Part shown: positions 61,600 to 64,000 of the stretch, in pieces
Numbering within the stretch: the first letter of the stretch is position 1
Layout: every line of letters begins with the position of its first letter
Source of the DNA: an uncultured bacterium
GTDB taxonomy: Bacteria; Actinomycetota; Acidimicrobiia; Spongiisociales; UBA5794
Length of the DNA stretch: 64,000 bases
NCBI GenBank assembly: GCA_963801165.1
Contig: CAWDDT010000013.1
Coordinates: forward strand, 239,209 to 303,208
Direction of reading: 5' to 3'
Translations under genes and position numbers: made by a program
Notes under the pieces: model-generated
What the model saw: only the letters and a program-made list of their open reading frames with translations
What the model was told of the DNA's origin: nothing
Database searches by the model: none

Positions 61600-63665
61600 T
61601 GCCCACCTCTGAGATGCATCCGCTAGAGCGACAGGGTATACCGTGTCGGCTCCGGCTTCACGCAGCAGCGAGCCGATGACGGTGAGGGTCCAACGAGAAT
61701 CGACAATGTCGTCGACAAGAATCCCGTGACCCGACATCGAACCGATTCACCTCGAATGCACGCTGCACATTGCTGGCCTGGTGATACGAGTTCTGCATCT
61801 GCTTCTGAAGCTGATTCTGACGCACCTTCACCACAACATCGTGGCTGGGAATGCCGAGCTTGGCACCGAGACGACCGGCAAGGTCCGCTACAAGGCCGCC
61901 GCCCCCGAAGGCCGGTACCCAGGCGATCCACTGTGGCGACGGATCTGGCGCCCACCGCTCGATCAAACCCGCCAGCGCATCTACCAGGCGGTCATCAAAC
62001 CGATGGCCGTCTTCGTACTTGCCGTGTTTCACCAACTGAGCGAGACCGGGATCTCCCCAAACGGCAAGAGCCCGCCCTTCAGCAAGACCAACCTTCTTCA
62101 ATGACGAGCCCTTGTATCCCTGTGGCCATTGCATGCCGGGGCCGGATCACGATGTCGGTCCGGTTGAGGAACTCGATGGCCGCCTCGACAACTTCGTCAT
62201 CGACCGGGACCGGCATCGGCCGCCCTGTGCAGTTGCCGCATCTGCCGCAGGGCTCTGCTCCCCGGTCGTCCAACTCCGCCCGGAGTTGCTCGAGCAGGCA
62301 CGAGTCGCTCTCCAGATAGCGGAGCATCGCTTGCTGCTCTGCCTTGCGCTGGGCGGTGACCGCTTCCACACGTTCGGTCGGGTAGTCCCATCTCGCAGCC
62401 GATCTGAACCATTTCCCGTTCGTGCGATACACAGCGCCCTCAACTTCGAGGATCTTCAGCATCGCCGTCAGCCGCATCGTCGGCACGTTGACAATCGCAT
62501 CGAGGTCGTAGAGCCTCAATCCATCGTTGCTGCGCAGTGCATTCAAGACGGCGTCAACCGAATCTTTGCCGGGGAACGCCGTACGGATGAAGTAGTCCTG
62601 GATATCGATGTCCTCCGACCCGGAGAGGAGCACCCCGTATGAGTGCGAGACGGCCCGCCCGGCCCGCCCAACTTGCTGGTAGTAGCCGATCGGTGACCCT
62701 GGAGACTGGTAGTGGATGACGAACTCGATGTGCGGGTTGTCATATCCCATGCCGAGGGCTGATGTAGCCACCACAACTTTGAGCTCGCCCGTGCCGAGGC
62801 GATGCTCGATTTCCAGCCGGGTCTCGGTATCAACCTTTCCCGAGTAGGCCTCTGCATCAATCCCGTTGCGTCGCAGCCATTCGGCGATCCGATCCGCGTC
62901 CCGCACCGTCAGGCAATACACGATGCCCGAACCCGGGAGGCCTGGGATCGCGCCGACGAGCCACGCCATCCGCTCGGCCCGGCTCGGCATGTCGACCACA
63001 TGCAACTCGAGGCTCTCTCGATCGAGTGTTCCCCGGATGCTGAACAGATCGCCACCGAGCTGTGCCTCAACGTCGGCGACAACCCGGCTGTTCGCCGTCG
63101 CGGTGGTCCCGAGGACCGGGATGCCACGCGGCAGGAGCTCGACAACGTTGCTCAGACGTCGATAGTCGGGACGGAAGTCGTGGCCCCAATCGGAAATGCA
63201 ATGGACTTCGTCGACAACGAGGAGCCCGATCCGGCTCGTGAGGACGGGGAGCACGTCCCTGGCGAACTTCGGGTTGTTGAGCCGCTCCGGTGAGATGAGA
63301 AGAAGATCGACTTCGCCGTCTCGGATTTGCTCGAAGACCTCTTCCCACGTGTCGGTGTTGGTTGAGTTGACGGTCACAGCGTTGATACCAAGACCATCGG
63401 TCATCTCAATCTGGTTCCGCATCAGCGCAAGCAACGGGGAGACGATCACCGTCGGGCCGGCACCACGCTCCCGCAGCATCTTCGTTGCGATCAGGTAGAC
63501 GGCACTCTTACCCCATCCAGTACGTTGCACGACCAGGGCTTTGCGGCGATGGTCGACCAGGGCTTCGATCGCCTCGAACTGGTCGGGATGGAACACGGCC
63601 GACTCACCCGCGATGATCCGCAGCAGCTCTGTTGCTCGGGCTCGGGTGTTCAAGAGATCCTCCAC
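61596..63665 (-). CDS. RecQ-family helicase with C-terminal phosphoribosyltransferase domain (RqlH-like), frameshifts near 62135 and 61735
   Basis: QRTGWGKS, DEVHCISDWGHDFRP, TTAT, QQVGRAGR, C..CGRCGNC; then WVP, QKQMQNSYHQ, ILVDDIVDSRWTL. Confidence 0.88.
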
Positions 63666-63850
63666 TGGCTGATGCTGATCGTATCAACGGAGTGCGACAC
63701 GCGACGCTACGGCGGAACCTGTCAACGAGAACGAGACACGGGTTGTTCAGATGGTGGTGTAGGAGCACTTCAGCTAGACGATCGCCGAAGCGATCAGGAG
63801 CTCTCGTCGCTCGAGTATTGTCTGTATTCGTCCAGTAGCGGTCACACGGC

Positions 63851-64000
63851 TCAGGCCGGGGAACCGTAGCGGTCGATGATCCGATCCATCGCGGCATCAA
63901 CAGCGGGGTTTGTCTCCCGCCGCGCCGGGTCGGCCTCGTGCCACTCGACAATCTCGGCGGCTCCGCGCCAGAAGGGTATCTCCGCCTGCCACCCCGGGAC
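63851..64000 (-). CDS. C-terminal end of a probable NAD-dependent epimerase/dehydratase (runs off window)
   Basis: VPGWQAEIPFWRGAAEIVEWHEADPARR...DAAMDRII...PA*. Confidence 0.55.
   Translation of the reverse strand, partial: VPGWQAEIPFWRGAAEIVEWHEADPARRETNPAVDAAMDRIIDRYGSPA

Noticed and set aside
1-64000. tRNA, rRNA or riboswitch genes
   Set aside because: No cloverleaf or conserved RNA signature recognised by eye; a covariance-model scan was not possible.

Overview
High-GC actinobacterial window, probably Acidimicrobiia (inferred from the many Cys-paired SLH-like repeats GITKGCNPPxNxxxCPxxxVTRGQMAAFL). The first ~19 kb holds mostly ordinary genes (SARP/ATPase/TPR regulator, LigC-type ligase, Mo-oxidoreductase pair, esterase, deaminase, XPB pair, MFS) mixed with paralogous CSLREA-like/cadherin/SLH surface proteins. 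The rest is accessory. (i) A tightly coupled patatin - small ORF - CHAT(caspase-like) - MBL-hydrolase operon with a recurring GVLG peptide is a candidate protease-gated conflict system. (ii) There are four toxin-antitoxin-like pairs plus remnants. (iii) A 3.5-kb tandem duplication carries a BNR propeller, MoaD/ThiS, ADP-ribosylglycohydrolase and a phosphatase. (iv) An ECF sigma factor is coupled to a membrane-anchored Lon-type protease, and six copies of TGACA-N16-CGTCnnnT sit in front of neighbouring genes (mostly secreted/SLH), suggesting a self-contained protease-controlled ECF regulon. (v) The window ends with an IS256 remnant, an AAA ATPase and a RecQ-PRTase/DprA pair. Many small frameshifts after ~27.7 kb suggest consensus errors. 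No rRNA, tRNA or CRISPR array was seen. All family calls come from motif recognition by eye, not database searches.
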